A stretch of DNA of 64,000 nucleotides from an uncultured cyanobacterium (GTDB taxonomy: Bacteria > Cyanobacteriota > Cyanobacteriia > Cyanobacteriales > Cyanobacteriaceae): positions 320,001 to 384,000 of the forward strand of contig CAVQBA010000007.1 of the NCBI GenBank assembly GCA_963710605.1, read 5' to 3'. Below, piece by piece: positions 22,959 to 33,478 of this stretch. The position numbers were made by a program, and so were the translations under genes. Each line of letters starts with the position of its first letter. Position 1 is the first letter of the stretch. The notes below the pieces were generated by a model. It was not told where the DNA came from and did not search any database. It was given only the letters and a program-made list of their open reading frames with translations.

Positions 22959-23141
22959 ATAATTTCAATTTAAAATTAAAAATAGTAACTATAACAGCGT
23001 ACAGTTAATAATAGATCCTCGATCGTTTAACTAACTTTTAAACTCAAAAATTGTCAACTATTAACTGTTAACTTTTAACTCTTAACTAAAATAAGATCTG
23101 AATTATAATAAACAAGAAAGTCAGAACAAGAAATAAAAAAA

Positions 23142-23372
23142 ATGGAAGCGTTTTCTCGTATTGCCCCAGAATGGACTCACTCTGCTGTACATGCTATGAG
23201 TTTTCATTGTCCTAACTGTGAAGCGTCTCCTCATGAAGCTAAAAAGGTATGGCTGAATCGATATGCACCTGTAACCAGTGAAGATAGAGTTCGTAAATGG
23301 CAAGAATTTTATTTGTGTGAGTGCGATCGAGCTTGGTGGGGATGGAGTAACGATCGAGTAACGATAGAGTAA
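23142..23372 (+). CDS. Small conserved cyanobacterial protein with CxxC...CxC (possible zinc ribbon)
   Basis: CPNC and CEC motifs; WQEFY..WWGWS pattern. Confidence 0.7.
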   Translation: MEAFSRIAPEWTHSAVHAMSFHCPNCEASPHEAKKVWLNRYAPVTSEDRVRKWQEFYLCECDRAWWGWSNDRVTIE

Positions 23373-23440
23373 GGAGTAAGGAGTAGGGAGTAAGGAGTAA
23401 GGAGTAAGGAGTAAGGAGTAAGGAGTAAGGAGTAAGGAGT
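23368..23440. repeat. Heptamer tandem repeat (GAGTAAG)n
   Basis: About 10 copies visible. Confidence 0.9.
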
Positions 23441-23541
23441 GTCTTGGTGGACATTCCCGTCTTGGTCAGCCTTCCCTTGCGACTTGCCGTCGTCGCGGGT
23501 TCTGACCGCTTGCGTCTTACGCCGACGCGGGCTTCCACCGC
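23441..23541. mobile_element. Two nested copies of a ~50-nt GC-rich structured repeat inserted in a heptamer array
   Basis: Inner copy 23459-23509 lies inside outer copy 23441-23458 + 23510-23541; same architecture with compensatory stem changes. Confidence 0.7.
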
Positions 23542-23700
23542 AAGGAGTAATGAGTAATGGAAAAGTTGATGCTGGATAGTTGATAGTTTACATACATAAA
23601 AAGTATTAGTTCATTATTTTTCTTTAATCTAATTCCTAATTCCTAATCTCGGCTTTTTTCTATTAAGAAAGATTAAGTTCATAATTATCATCTAGTCAAT

Positions 23701-23719
23701 TATGAGAGAAATATGAAAA
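23701..23719 (+). promoter_or_regulatory. ManR-like direct-repeat operator
   Basis: TATGAGAG-AAA-TATGAAAA matches the recalled (T/A)ATGA(G/A)A(A/G)-N3 direct repeat, just before mntC. Confidence 0.7.
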
Positions 23720-23728
23720 GAAAGTGAT

Positions 23729-24753
23729 ATGATAAAAAAATCAAGTTCACTTATTTTTCTATGGCGAAATCTGATTTTGAGGCGAGGCATAATCTTATTC
23801 TTTGGTATAAGCCTAGGGATGATGTTATAGGCTGTAACCAAAGACAAGTAACTTCACCAACAACTACATCAAATACAGAGGCAGAAGATAGTACAGACAA
23901 TTCTTCAGTACGGACAGAAGGTAAATTGAAAGTACTTACTACCTTTAGCGTTTTAGCAGATATTGCTCAAAATGTAGCAGGAGACAAACTTAATGTCGAA
24001 TCTATTACCCGTATTGGTGCAGAAATACATGGTTATGAACCGACACCTAGTGATATAGTCAAAGCTCAAGATGCGGATTTGATTTTATACAACGGCATGA
24101 ATTTAGAACGTTGGTTCGAGCAATTTTTAGGTAATCTAGAGGATGTTCCTTCTGTATTACTAACCGCAGGAATTGAGCCGATTGCGATCGCGCAAGGACC
24201 GTACACAGACAAACCGAATCCTCATGCTTGGATGTCTCCTCGTAATGCACTGGTGTATGTAGAAAATATTCGCCAAGCTTTTATCGAACTTGATCCAGAT
24301 AATGCTGAGACTTATAACGCTAATGCCCAAGCTTACAGCGAAAAGTTAAAAGCAATTGATACCCAGTTACAGGCAGATTTAGAACGAGTACCACAAACTC
24401 AACGTTATTTAGTTAGTTGTGAAGGTGCATTTTCTTATCTTGCTCGTGATTATAACCTCAAAGAGATTTATCTATGGCCGATTAATGCTGAACAGCAATT
24501 TACTCCTAAGCAAATACAAAGAGTAATTGAAAAAGTGAAAGCAAATAATGTGCCAACTATTTTTTGTGAAAGTACGGTTAATGATGAAGGACAAAAACAG
24601 GTTGCTAAAACCACAGGGGCAAGGTTTGGAGGAAATCTTTATGTAGATTCTCTTTCAACTGAAGAAGGAGCGGTGCCTACTTTTATCGATTTACTCGAAT
24701 ACGATGCGCGAACTATCACTAATGGTTTGCTAGCCGGGAGTAAAACTCCGTAG
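23729..24753 (+). CDS. mntC: Mn ABC transporter substrate-binding lipoprotein; apparent 1-nt deletion near 23827 separates the signal peptide
   Basis: EIHGYEPTP, NPHAWMSP, CEGAFSY, LYVDSL. The upstream frame MIKKSS...GIILFFGISLGMML joins IGCN (lipobox) if one A is restored. Confidence 0.88.
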
Positions 24754-24961
24754 TGATTCATTTTAGATTGAAGTTTTGTTACCGAAAAATTTTGGCTATC
24801 TGCCTCCCCTTAAAAGAAGAAAAAAAGAGAATATTTCAGATTTCTAGCCTCTTACTTCAGCTAGAGGTACTAATAACTTATAACTGATAACTTATAACTG
24901 ACTTCAATATTTAACTAACTGCCCAAATCGACTTTTTATGTAAAACTAGGAAAAAATCATT

Positions 24962-25747
24962 ATGCAATCTGCAACTCAAGCACTCGATATCTGCGTCAAT
25001 AACCTCACTGTTACCTACAGTAACGCTAATAGGCTCGCTCTTTATAATGCTAATTGCGTTGTCGAACAGGGGACAATTACAGGTTTAATCGGTCCTAATG
25101 GTGGTGGTAAATCGACTTTGTTTAAATCGATTATGGGTTTTTTAAAACCCCGTCAAGGGCAAATTAGGGTAGGTGGTATCTCTATTGAAAAAGCTCAGAA
25201 AAAGCAGTTAATGGCTTATGTACCCCAGTCTGACGAAGTTGATTGGGATTTTCCTGTAAGTGTTTATGATGTAGTCATGATGGGGCGTTATGGCTATATG
25301 AATTTATTACGTATTCCTAGTACAAAAGATCGTCGTTTGGTAATCGAAAGCTTAGAAAGAGTTGGCATGAGTGATTTTCGTAATCATCAAATTGGTGAAC
25401 TATCTGGAGGTCAGAAAAAAAGAGCGTTTTTAGCCCGTGCTTTAGCTCAAGAAGGTAAGGTGATTTTATTGGATGAGCCTTTTACGGGGGTGGATGTGAA
25501 GACAGAAAAACGAATTATTGATTTATTGATCCAGTTGCGAGAAGAAGGGCATACTATTTTGGTCTCTACTCACGATTTAGCTTCTATTTCTACATTTTGC
25601 GATCGGACTATTTTACTCAATAAAACTATTCTTGCCTCTGGTACAACTGAAGAAACTTTCACTGAAGAAAATTTAACCATGACTTTTGGTGGTTTACCTG
25701 TAGCTAGTTTACGTCAGATGTTTAATTCGTCTGAGGTGGACGCATAA
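24962..25747 (+). CDS. mntA: Mn ABC transporter ATP-binding protein
   Basis: [35 protein letters not shown]. Confidence 0.88.
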   Translation: MQSATQALDICVNNLTVTYSNANRLALYNANCVVEQGTITGLIGPNGGGKSTLFKSIMGFLKPRQGQIRVGGISIEKAQKKQLMAYVPQSDEVDWDFPVSVYDVVMMGRYGYMNLLRIPSTKDRRLVIESLERVGMSDFRNHQIGELSGGQKKRAFLARALAQEGKVILLDEPFTGVDVKTEKRIIDLLIQLREEGHTILVSTHDLASISTFCDRTILLNKTILASGTTEETFTEENLTMTFGGLPVASLRQMFNSSEVDA

Positions 25748-25748
25748 G

Positions 25749-25976
25749 GAGTAATGAGTAATGAGTAATGAGTAAGAAGTAAGGAGTAAGGAGTAAGGAG
25801 TAAGAAGTAAGGAGTAAGAAGTAAGGAGTAAGAAGTAACAAGTAAATTATTTTTATTCCCTATTCCCTATTCCCTAATCCCTAATCCCTATTCCCTAATC
25901 CCTAATCCCTAATCCCTAATTCCTAATTCCTATTCCCTATTCCCTAATTCCTAATTCCTAATTCCCAATTCCTAAT
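25749..25976. repeat. Two adjacent heptamer arrays (GAGTAAN/GAAGTAA, then CCTATTC/CCTAATC/CCTAATT)
   Basis: Directly visible between mntA and mntB. Confidence 0.9.
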
Positions 25977-26014
25977 CTCTTCGGTCAAAAAAAAATAATT
26001 ATCCTTTAATAAAT

Positions 26015-26033
26015 TATGAGAGAAAAATGAGTT
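26015..26033 (+). promoter_or_regulatory. Second ManR-like direct repeat overlapping the mntB start codon
   Basis: TATGAGAG-AAA-AATGAGTT; shares AATTATGAGAGAAA with the mntC site. Confidence 0.5.
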
Positions 26034-26929
26034 ATCTAGTTGCTAATATACCGCTAATAGATTGGTTGGTTGAGCCTTTACAATATGGTTTTTTAAGACA
26101 AGCGATTTGGGTAAGTGCCTTTGTTGGTTTGGTCTGTGCTGTGCTTTCTTGTTATATTACTCTCAAAGGTTGGTCATTGATGGGAGATGCGGTATCTCAT
26201 GCTGTTGTACCCGGAGTGGTGGTGGCTTATGCACTTAATATTCCTTTTGCGATCGGTGCATTTGTTTTTGGTTTTGGGGCGACGGTAGCTATCGGTTATA
26301 TCAAGTCCAAAACTCGCTTGAAAGAAGATGCGGTTATTGGTGTTGTTTTTACTGGTTTTTTTGCCTTAGGTTTGGTGATGGTGACTAAAATTCCTAGTAA
26401 TATTGATTTGTTTCATATTCTGTTTGGTAACGTTTTAGGTATTTCTCAACAGGATATTATTCAAACTTTGATAGCGGGTATGATTACTTTGGTCGTTATT
26501 TTGATTCGCCGAAAAGATTTATTACTCTTTTGTTTTGACCCAAATCATGCTCAAGCGATCGGTCTTAATACTCAGTTTATGTATTATACTTTGCTTTGTG
26601 TACTTGCTCTGACTATTGTCACTGCGTTACAAACTGCGGGGATTATTTTAGTGATTGCGATGTTGGTGACTCCCGGCTCGACTGCTTACCTCTTAACTGA
26701 TCGTTTTGATCATATGCTTTTGATTTCGATCGCTACAAGTATTTTTTCTTGTATTGGTGGAACTTATCTAAGTTATCATTTTGATGTCTCCACAGGTGGC
26801 TCGATCGTTGTTTTACTCACAGTTGTATTTATGGTAGCCATGATTTTTGCCCCTAAATACGGTGTGTTGGCTCAGAATTATTATCAGCACAAAGAGCCTG
26901 TTTTCGATCGAACTGAGAATAAATTATAA
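26027..26929 (+). CDS. mntB: Mn ABC transporter permease
   Basis: LMGDAVSHAVVPG, EDAVIG, LFGNVLG. Confidence 0.88.
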   Translation: MSYLVANIPLIDWLVEPLQYGFLRQAIWVSAFVGLVCAVLSCYITLKGWSLMGDAVSHAVVPGVVVAYALNIPFAIGAFVFGFGATVAIGYIKSKTRLKEDAVIGVVFTGFFALGLVMVTKIPSNIDLFHILFGNVLGISQQDIIQTLIAGMITLVVILIRRKDLLLFCFDPNHAQAIGLNTQFMYYTLLCVLALTIVTALQTAGIILVIAMLVTPGSTAYLLTDRFDHMLLISIATSIFSCIGGTYLSYHFDVSTGGSIVVLLTVVFMVAMIFAPKYGVLAQNYYQHKEPVFDRTENKL

Positions 26930-27027
26930 AAAGACGATCGGCGATTGATAAATCGTATTATTGCTTGTCTTGTTATAAGTAAACTGATTGTATTACTATG
27001 AAAATAAAAGCGACAAAAATAATCATT

Positions 27028-27363
27028 ATGACAGAATTATTTAAAGCTGAATTAAGACAACCGAGAAAATACAAAACAATTGTTGCTGATTGGATGGGTC
27101 AACATTTTGGTTGGGAAAATGCTCCTAAAATTAGCGATCAGATTCAACCTCTTGGCAATAATATAATCATTTGTGAACAGAAAAATAATCTTGATGAATC
27201 AGATCATAGATTAGAAAAATTTCTGAACTTGATAGAAAAAGATATAGCTAAAAATCCTCAACACAGAAAAGCAATTACTTCTTCTACTGTAGAACGTGTG
27301 CGATCGCTTATTGGTGATATATCGGTAGATTTAGATGCACCATTAGAAGATGAGGAAGAATAA
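27028..27363 (+). CDS. PrlF-family type II antitoxin (divergent)
   Basis: C-terminus FLNLIEKDIAKNP...RSLIGDISVDLDAPLEDEEE typical of PrlF; followed by a YhaV-like start. Confidence 0.7.
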   Translation: MTELFKAELRQPRKYKTIVADWMGQHFGWENAPKISDQIQPLGNNIIICEQKNNLDESDHRLEKFLNLIEKDIAKNPQHRKAITSSTVERVRSLIGDISVDLDAPLEDEEE

Positions 27364-27365
27364 TA

Positions 27366-27443
27366 TTGTCAGTAAAAGAGCCCTTAATTATTAACGACTG
27401 GAAAATTTATGGTCATATTTATCTAAGCTATCATTATCAGTAA
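27366..27443 (+). pseudogene. Truncated YhaV-family toxin remnant
   Basis: TTG-start LSVKEPLIINDWKIYGH resembles the YhaV N-terminus (PLxIxGWxIxAH), then diverges and stops after 25 codons. Confidence 0.55.
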
Positions 27444-27992
27444 AAATCGGTACGCCAATCTTTTTAAACAATTCGATACAAGCTGTTGCAAATACATCGT
27501 CGTCCATCATCTCAACATATTATTTTCCATTGACAAAACAATAAATAAGTCCTGTATGATATTTAGATTCTTGAATAGCACAATAGTTTTCAATAGCAGT
27601 GCAAGAAGTTAAAACATCTATTATATATTGATCGGAAATTTTTTTTGCTTGTTTTAATCAGTATTTTCTACTTTTCACTTGAATACTACATCTTCTTTTT
27701 TTTATCTAATCTACCGAAATATTGAATATCCTCAAATCTTATAAATCCGTGATATAGACAATGGTATCAAATAAAATCGATCGCTCTTTGAATTTAACTG
27801 TTAAATATTCATTGTCTTGAATTCAATTATGTTACCTAATTAATGATCATTGATAATTGTTAATCTTAGTCAAATTATATTAATATGTATCAGTGAAAAC
27901 TATTTAATCGATCAAAAGACGAAACAGATATTCGCACCCATTGAATCAATAGCAATAGTAATATCTTGAAAATCACTAAAAACGTTAAATTC

Positions 27993-30900
27993 ATGAACAA
28001 TTTTAATAATGTAGAACAAATAATCGATCAATCGTTATTAACTGTTTCTAACTTATTAACACAAATTTTAGACAACGAACTTGTTCCACAAATAGTCAAA
28101 GAAGTTTTCGGTAATCAAGCAGATGTTATTGATGGACAAAATTTAATCGGTAATGTAATCACTAATAACTATCTTTCATCTAAAATAGAAATTCGTTCGG
28201 CTTCACAAATAAATAATGCTTTAGGTGCATTTTCAAGTACTACAGGTAAAATCTATCTTGCTCAAGAATTTATCGAACAAAATAAAAATGATGTTGACAA
28301 AATAACGGCAGTCATTCTAGAAGAGATTGGGCATTATCTAGATTGGAATTTAAACTTAAGTGATACAAATGGAGATGAAGGAGAAATATTTTCGGCTTTA
28401 GTTAGGGGTATCAGTTTGAGCGATAGTGATTTAAATCGTATCAAGCAAGAAAATGATCACGCTAATATTATTCTTGACGGACAAACAATTGAAATTGAGC
28501 AAGCTAGAGTTTCTCGCCCGACAGACATTCGCATTGGTAGTCTTCTAAGAGGTTATAAATGGAGTACTAACACAATAACTTATAGTTTCTTTTCAGGAGA
28601 TGATTATTACGGTAGCCAATCAGGAGTCGCTACTGTTAGTGATGGGATTAAAAATAATGTTAGACATTTTTTAGAAAATATCATTGAACCGTTAATCAAT
28701 CTCGACTTTGTCGAAGTAGCCGATTCAAACTCTGATTATGGACAAATTCGTTATCTATTATCGAATGGCCCTAATTATGCCTATGCCTATACACCTTATT
28801 CAACCACAGATAATAATCAAGGAAACCCTAACGATCGAGCAGGAGATATACATTTTAATCCAAATTATGATCATACTTCAACGACTAATGGTTTTCAAGG
28901 CGGTATCGGTACTCATGGATATACAAGTATTCTTCATGAAACACTTCATGCTTTAGGTTTAAAACACCCGGGTAATTACAACGGTGATAATAGTGGAATA
29001 GCACCTTATGTAGCTTTGGCTGAAGATAATCTAGACAATACAGTGATGACTTATAACTTTGAAGGAGCAAAGCCTGCTACTCCAATGCCGTACGATATCC
29101 TTGCTCTACAATATCTTTACGGTACTAACTCTTCATCGAATGCTAGTGATACTGTTTATAACTTTACTAGTACTTCAGGCTATTTTGATGGTGTTAATAA
29201 TAGAGGAAGTGATAATAATGACACCAAACTAAGTATCTGGGATAGTGATGGTATTGATACTTTAGATTTTTCTCGTCTCGATTTTGATGCTGATGGGTAT
29301 AGATTTGATCTTAATGAAGGAGGATGGATAACAACATCGAATGCTTTTAGAAGCGATTACTATCAAGCTAGTGGCGATTCTATGGCTAGATATTATGCGG
29401 TAACCAATTTTGGAACGAGAATTAGTTTTGGGGTTACTATTGAAAATGCGATCGGCACTTCTAGTAATGATACCTTTTTTGGTAACTCTTTAGATAATTC
29501 TTTTGTTGGTGGAGGGGGTATAGATTGGGTTATCTATAGCGGTAATCGCTCTCAATACCAAATTTCTAATCTTAATGGTATTTTTACGGTTTTAGATCTG
29601 ATTAATAATCGTCATGGTATAGATACATTAAGCGAAATTGAGCATCTTCAATTTGATAATCAAGTTGTTAATTTGATTGACTTGATCAATTTACCGACTT
29701 TATCGATCGATAATATTACAGTCATCGAAAATTTTAACCAAACAATTGAAACTGTTTTCACAGTAACTCTTTCAGAGAATACAAATCAGCAAATTAGCGT
29801 TGATTATACAACAGTAAACGGTACAGCTACCGCACCAATAGACTTTAATAATATAAATGGTACTTTAATATTTGCTCCTAACCAAACCTCAAAAACGATC
29901 GTTGTTTTAATAGAACCAGATACACTAGTAGAAGATCAAGAAAGCTTTTTTGTTAATTTAACCAACCCTCACAATGCAACTATTATTGATGCTCAAGGTG
30001 AAGGCATAATTTTGGATAACGATGATGATCTCATTTTAGAATCTTTCATCGGTGATACAACTGACAACTATCTCCAAGGTAATTCTAATGATAATAACTT
30101 AATTGGTAATGCTGGTAACGATACCTTAATCGGAAATGCGGGTAATGATACTTTAGATGGCGGTGTAGGTAATGATAGTTTAGTTGGTGGTAGTGGTGAT
30201 GATATCTACTTAGTTGATAATAAATACGATCGAGTAAAAGAAATCGCCAATCAAGGAATTGACACAATCTTTAGTAGTGTTAATAAGTATCGACTAAATA
30301 ATCATGTTGAAAATTTGACTCTTGTCGATATTAGTAAACAGGGTATAGGTAATAAATTTGATAACCTTATCATCGGTAATAATAGTAATAATCATCTAGA
30401 AGGTAGAGATGGTAATGATACGATTATTGGTGGTAGTGGCAATGATAAGATTATTGGCGGTAATGGATTAGATTCTCTTGTTGGTGGTATTGGTAATGAT
30501 ACATATTTAATTTTCACTAATAATAACGATCACGAAGTGGCACTACTCGATCTAATTGTTGAAGACAGTAACGAAGGATTTGACAAAGTTAAAACAAATC
30601 AAAATTATAGTTTACCAAAAAATATCGAGAGCTTAATCTTGACTGGTAAAGCACATATTAACGGTAATGGAAATGAGCTGAGTAATTATTTACGAGGTAA
30701 TAGTAAGAGTAATGAACTTAATGGTTTAAGCGGAAATGATACTATCAGCGGAGGAAATGGAGATGATACTTTACTTGGCTCAAGTGGTAACGATTTATTA
30801 TTAGGAGGAGGTGGAGATGATACTTTAATCGGCGGAAATGGTGATGATATCCTCAAAGGAGGAAAAGGCAATGACTATTATCATTTTAATTCTGATAGCG

Positions 30901-31175
30901 AAGGAGTAGATACTATTACCAATTTTTCAATCAATGATGATAAGATTACGATCGATTTAGATGGTTTTAGTAATGGCTTATCTTTAGGCACATTAGAAAC
31001 AAACCAATTTCGTTTAGGTGTATCCGCAACTACGGCTAGTCATCGTTTTATTTATAATCAAAATAATGGTGACTTATTCTTTGATGCCGATGGTGATGGT
31101 AATAATTCGGCAGTACAAATAGCCAGTCTAAGAAAAAGATTATCTTTAACTGAAAACCATATTATCGTTATTTAA
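27993..31175 (+). CDS. Serralysin-like M10 metalloprotease with Calx-beta domain and RTX Ca-binding repeats
   Basis: HETLHALGLKHP (HExxHxxGxxH), Met-turn TVMTY, IWDSDGIDTLDFS, Calx-beta (VDYTT.NGTA..DF..GTLIF), GGxGNDxL nonapeptides. Confidence 0.9.
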   Translation: MNNFNNVEQIIDQSLLTVSNLLTQILDNELVPQIVKEVFGNQADVIDGQNLIGNVITNNYLSSKIEIRSASQINNALGAFSSTTGKIYLAQEFIEQNKNDVDKITAVILEEIGHYLDWNLNLSDTNGDEGEIFSALVRGISLSDSDLNRIKQENDHANIILDGQTIEIEQARVSRPTDIRIGSLLRGYKWSTNTITYSFFSGDDYYGSQSGVATVSDGIKNNVRHFLENIIEPLINLDFVEVADSNSDYGQIRYLLSNGPNYAYAYTPYSTTDNNQGNPNDRAGDIHFNPNYDHTSTTNGFQGGIGTHGYTSILHETLHALGLKHPGNYNGDNSGIAPYVALAEDNLDNTVMTYNFEGAKPATPMPYDILALQYLYGTNSSSNASDTVYNFTSTSGYFDGVNNRGSDNNDTKLSIWDSDGIDTLDFSRLDFDADGYRFDLNEGGWITTSNAFRSDYYQASGDSMARYYAVTNFGTRISFGVTIENAIGTSSNDTFFGNSLDNSFVGGGGIDWVIYSGNRSQYQISNLNGIFTVLDLINNRHGIDTLSEIEHLQFDNQVVNLIDLINLPTLSIDNITVIENFNQTIETVFTVTLSENTNQQISVDYTTVNGTATAPIDFNNINGTLIFAPNQTSKTIVVLIEPDTLVEDQESFFVNLTNPHNATIIDAQGEGIILDNDDDLILESFIGDTTDNYLQGNSNDNNLIGNAGNDTLIGNAGNDTLDGGVGNDSLVGGSGDDIYLVDNKYDRVKEIANQGIDTIFSSVNKYRLNNHVENLTLVDISKQGIGNKFDNLIIGNNSNNHLEGRDGNDTIIGGSGNDKIIGGNGLDSLVGGIGNDTYLIFTNNNDHEVALLDLIVEDSNEGFDKVKTNQNYSLPKNIESLILTGKAHINGNGNELSNYLRGNSKSNELNGLSGNDTISGGNGDDTLLGSSGNDLLLGGGGDDTLIGGNGDDILKGGKGNDYYHFNSDSEGVDTITNFSINDDKITIDLDGFSNGLSLGTLETNQFRLGVSATTASHRFIYNQNNGDLFFDADGDGNNSAVQIASLRKRLSLTENHIIVI

Positions 31176-31178
31176 TTT

Positions 31179-32018
31179 TCAGCGTATAAATTTGGGGCGT
31201 TGCAATTGAGTGTTGGTTAATATATCTTGCAATTTGTCCCATTTTTCGGTTTCAATATCATTAATCATTTCTTGTAAATTAGATTGATATTCTTTCAGAC
31301 AAGCTAACAATTCTGCTTGATTATATTGTGCCATCATTAATCCTAAATCTATATTGCCACCGCCTACTCGACTAGTATCTTTAAAACCTGAGCTGGCAAT
31401 TTTTTGTGCTAATTCCACTACTTCTTGGTTTTCGTGTTGAATACAACTAGCAATCAAGTTTGCACTTATCATCACAGGTAAATGAGAAATCCAAGCTACC
31501 GATCGATCGTGTATTTCTGGTGTAGCTTGATATATATTACAATTTAGTTGTTGCCAAATCTGACTAACTTTTTCCACTGCATCCAGATTAGTTTCCCGGA
31601 TGGGTGTAATCACACAAGGTGCATCCTTAAAAAGCTCATACTCAGCCGCTTCAATTCCCTGATTAGCTGTGCCTGCCATTGGGTGACTACCAACAAAATT
31701 TGACCATAATTGCGTTGCCGGATAAACGATCGCACTTTTAACTGAAGCAACATCAGTGATAATTGTCTTAGGAGATAGATAAGTAATTATTCTCTCTATA
31801 CTACTTAAAATAGTCGCAATCGGCGTACAAACAAAAATTAGGTCTGTTTTGCTCAAAATATCCCAATCGATCGAAGCATGAGTTACTACTTGTTTTTTAA
31901 TAGCTCGATCGCAAGTTGATTGTTGACGAGAAACACCAACAACTTCATACCCTAATTTAGTTAACTCTAATCCTAACGAACCACCAATCAAACCTAAACC
32001 GACAATACCTATTTTCAT
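31179..32018 (-). CDS. tyrA: Prephenate/arogenate dehydrogenase
   Basis: GLGLIGGS, TDVASVK, HPMAG, HD..VA.ISHLP, SGFKDTSR. Confidence 0.95.
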   Translation of the reverse strand: MKIGIVGLGLIGGSLGLELTKLGYEVVGVSRQQSTCDRAIKKQVVTHASIDWDILSKTDLIFVCTPIATILSSIERIITYLSPKTIITDVASVKSAIVYPATQLWSNFVGSHPMAGTANQGIEAAEYELFKDAPCVITPIRETNLDAVEKVSQIWQQLNCNIYQATPEIHDRSVAWISHLPVMISANLIASCIQHENQEVVELAQKIASSGFKDTSRVGGGNIDLGLMMAQYNQAELLACLKEYQSNLQEMINDIETEKWDKLQDILTNTQLQRPKFIR

Positions 32019-32053
32019 TGATACTTTTATTGACAATAAACCACAATCTTAAT

Positions 32054-32089
32054 CAGGATTTTGAGGATTTTCAAGATTTTCAGGATTTT
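32054..32089. repeat. Four tandem 9-mers (consensus CAGGATTTT)
   Basis: caggatttt gaggatttt caagatttt caggatttt. Confidence 0.75.
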
Positions 32090-32394
32090 TATTGATTTAT
32101 CGGGGAATATAATTTTTCTCAATTTTATTTTTACCGAATAATGAAGGCAACAAATATTTCATATTTTTAACTCTCTGTCAATCTAAACTTAACCTATTCT
32201 TAAACCAAGTTTTATTGTTTTGTTGATAGAATAACTTTGAAGTTAAATATTAAACACGATCGTAATTTATCGCTAATGAAGCTAAAGGTAATAAAAGCTA
32301 TCTATAAATAAGTAGCGATCGATGTTGAGCTTTTTTTTTATTCCATTAAACAAGTTTTCTTGTTGAGTAATAATCTAAATTCAGAGTAATTTTT

Positions 32395-33390
32395 ATGCGT
32401 ATAGGTATAAATGGTTTTGGTAGAATTGGCAGACTCGCTTTAAGGGCAGGTTGGGGTAAACCTAATTTGGAATTTGTCCATATTAACGAAGTAAAAGGGG
32501 GTATAGAAACCGCCGCACATTTATTGCAATTTGATTCTGTGCATGGGCGTTGGGGTGTACCAACTAAAGTCGCTGAGGATAAAATCTGGATAGAAGACAA
32601 ACCTCTTACCTTTAGTGAATATTCAACACCACAAGAAGTACCTTGGCAAGATTTGGGAGTAGATTTAGTGATTGAAAGTTCGGGTAAATTTCGCACACCT
32701 GAAACACTACATCCTTACTTGGAAAATGGCGTAAAAAAAGTTGTTGTTGCCGCCCCCGTCAAGGAAGAAGCTTTAAATATTGTTTATGGTATCAATGACG
32801 ATTTATACGAAGCCGATAAACACCATCTGGTTACTGCCGCTTCTTGCACAACTAATTGTCTTGCTCCTGTCGTTAAAGTAATTCAAGAAAATTTAGGTAT
32901 CAAACATGGTGTTATCACCACGATTCATGATGTCACAAATACTCAAGTAATTGTCGATGCACCCCACAAAGATTTACGACGGGCAAGAGCTTGTTCGGAG
33001 TCTTTAATCCCCACGACAACAGGCTCAGCGACTGCGATTACGATGATTTATCCTGAATTGAAAGGTAAGCTCAATGGTTTGGCTGTTAGAGTGCCTTTAT
33101 TGAATGCGTCTTTAACTGATTGTGTTTTTGAGGTAAACCGAAAAACGACTGTAGAAGAAGTTAATAGTTTATTTAAGCAAGCATCACAGACTTATTTAAA
33201 AGATATTTTGGGTTATGAAGAATTACCTTTAGTTTCGATCGATTATAAAGACGATCCACGCTCTGGTATTATCGATGCACTTTCAACGATGGTGATCGAC
33301 GATACCCAAGTCAAAATTTTAGCATGGTACGACAACGAATGGGGTTACTCTAATCGTTTGATTGATTTGGTTTGTAAAATTGCTAGTTAG
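32395..33390 (+). CDS. ArsJ-associated glyceraldehyde-3-phosphate dehydrogenase
   Basis: [37 protein letters not shown]; directly upstream of arsJ. Confidence 0.92.
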   Translation: MRIGINGFGRIGRLALRAGWGKPNLEFVHINEVKGGIETAAHLLQFDSVHGRWGVPTKVAEDKIWIEDKPLTFSEYSTPQEVPWQDLGVDLVIESSGKFRTPETLHPYLENGVKKVVVAAPVKEEALNIVYGINDDLYEADKHHLVTAASCTTNCLAPVVKVIQENLGIKHGVITTIHDVTNTQVIVDAPHKDLRRARACSESLIPTTTGSATAITMIYPELKGKLNGLAVRVPLLNASLTDCVFEVNRKTTVEEVNSLFKQASQTYLKDILGYEELPLVSIDYKDDPRSGIIDALSTMVIDDTQVKILAWYDNEWGYSNRLIDLVCKIAS

Positions 33391-33478
33391 ACAGGTTTTG
33401 CTAAAACTTTTGTACTTTTTATCTTCAGTAACAGTTATCCCGATTAAATAAACACAATTAATTATTAATGCAAATGTG

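Noticed and set aside
23239-23538. 99-aa minus ORF with LLTPYS repeats
   Set aside because: Reads through the nested element and heptamer array, antisense to a real gene.
32346-32696. 116-aa minus ORF, and similar short antisense ORFs elsewhere (e.g. 696, 2978, 6589, 21484, 38712, 59116, 62666)
   Set aside because: They overlap well-supported genes and have no motifs.
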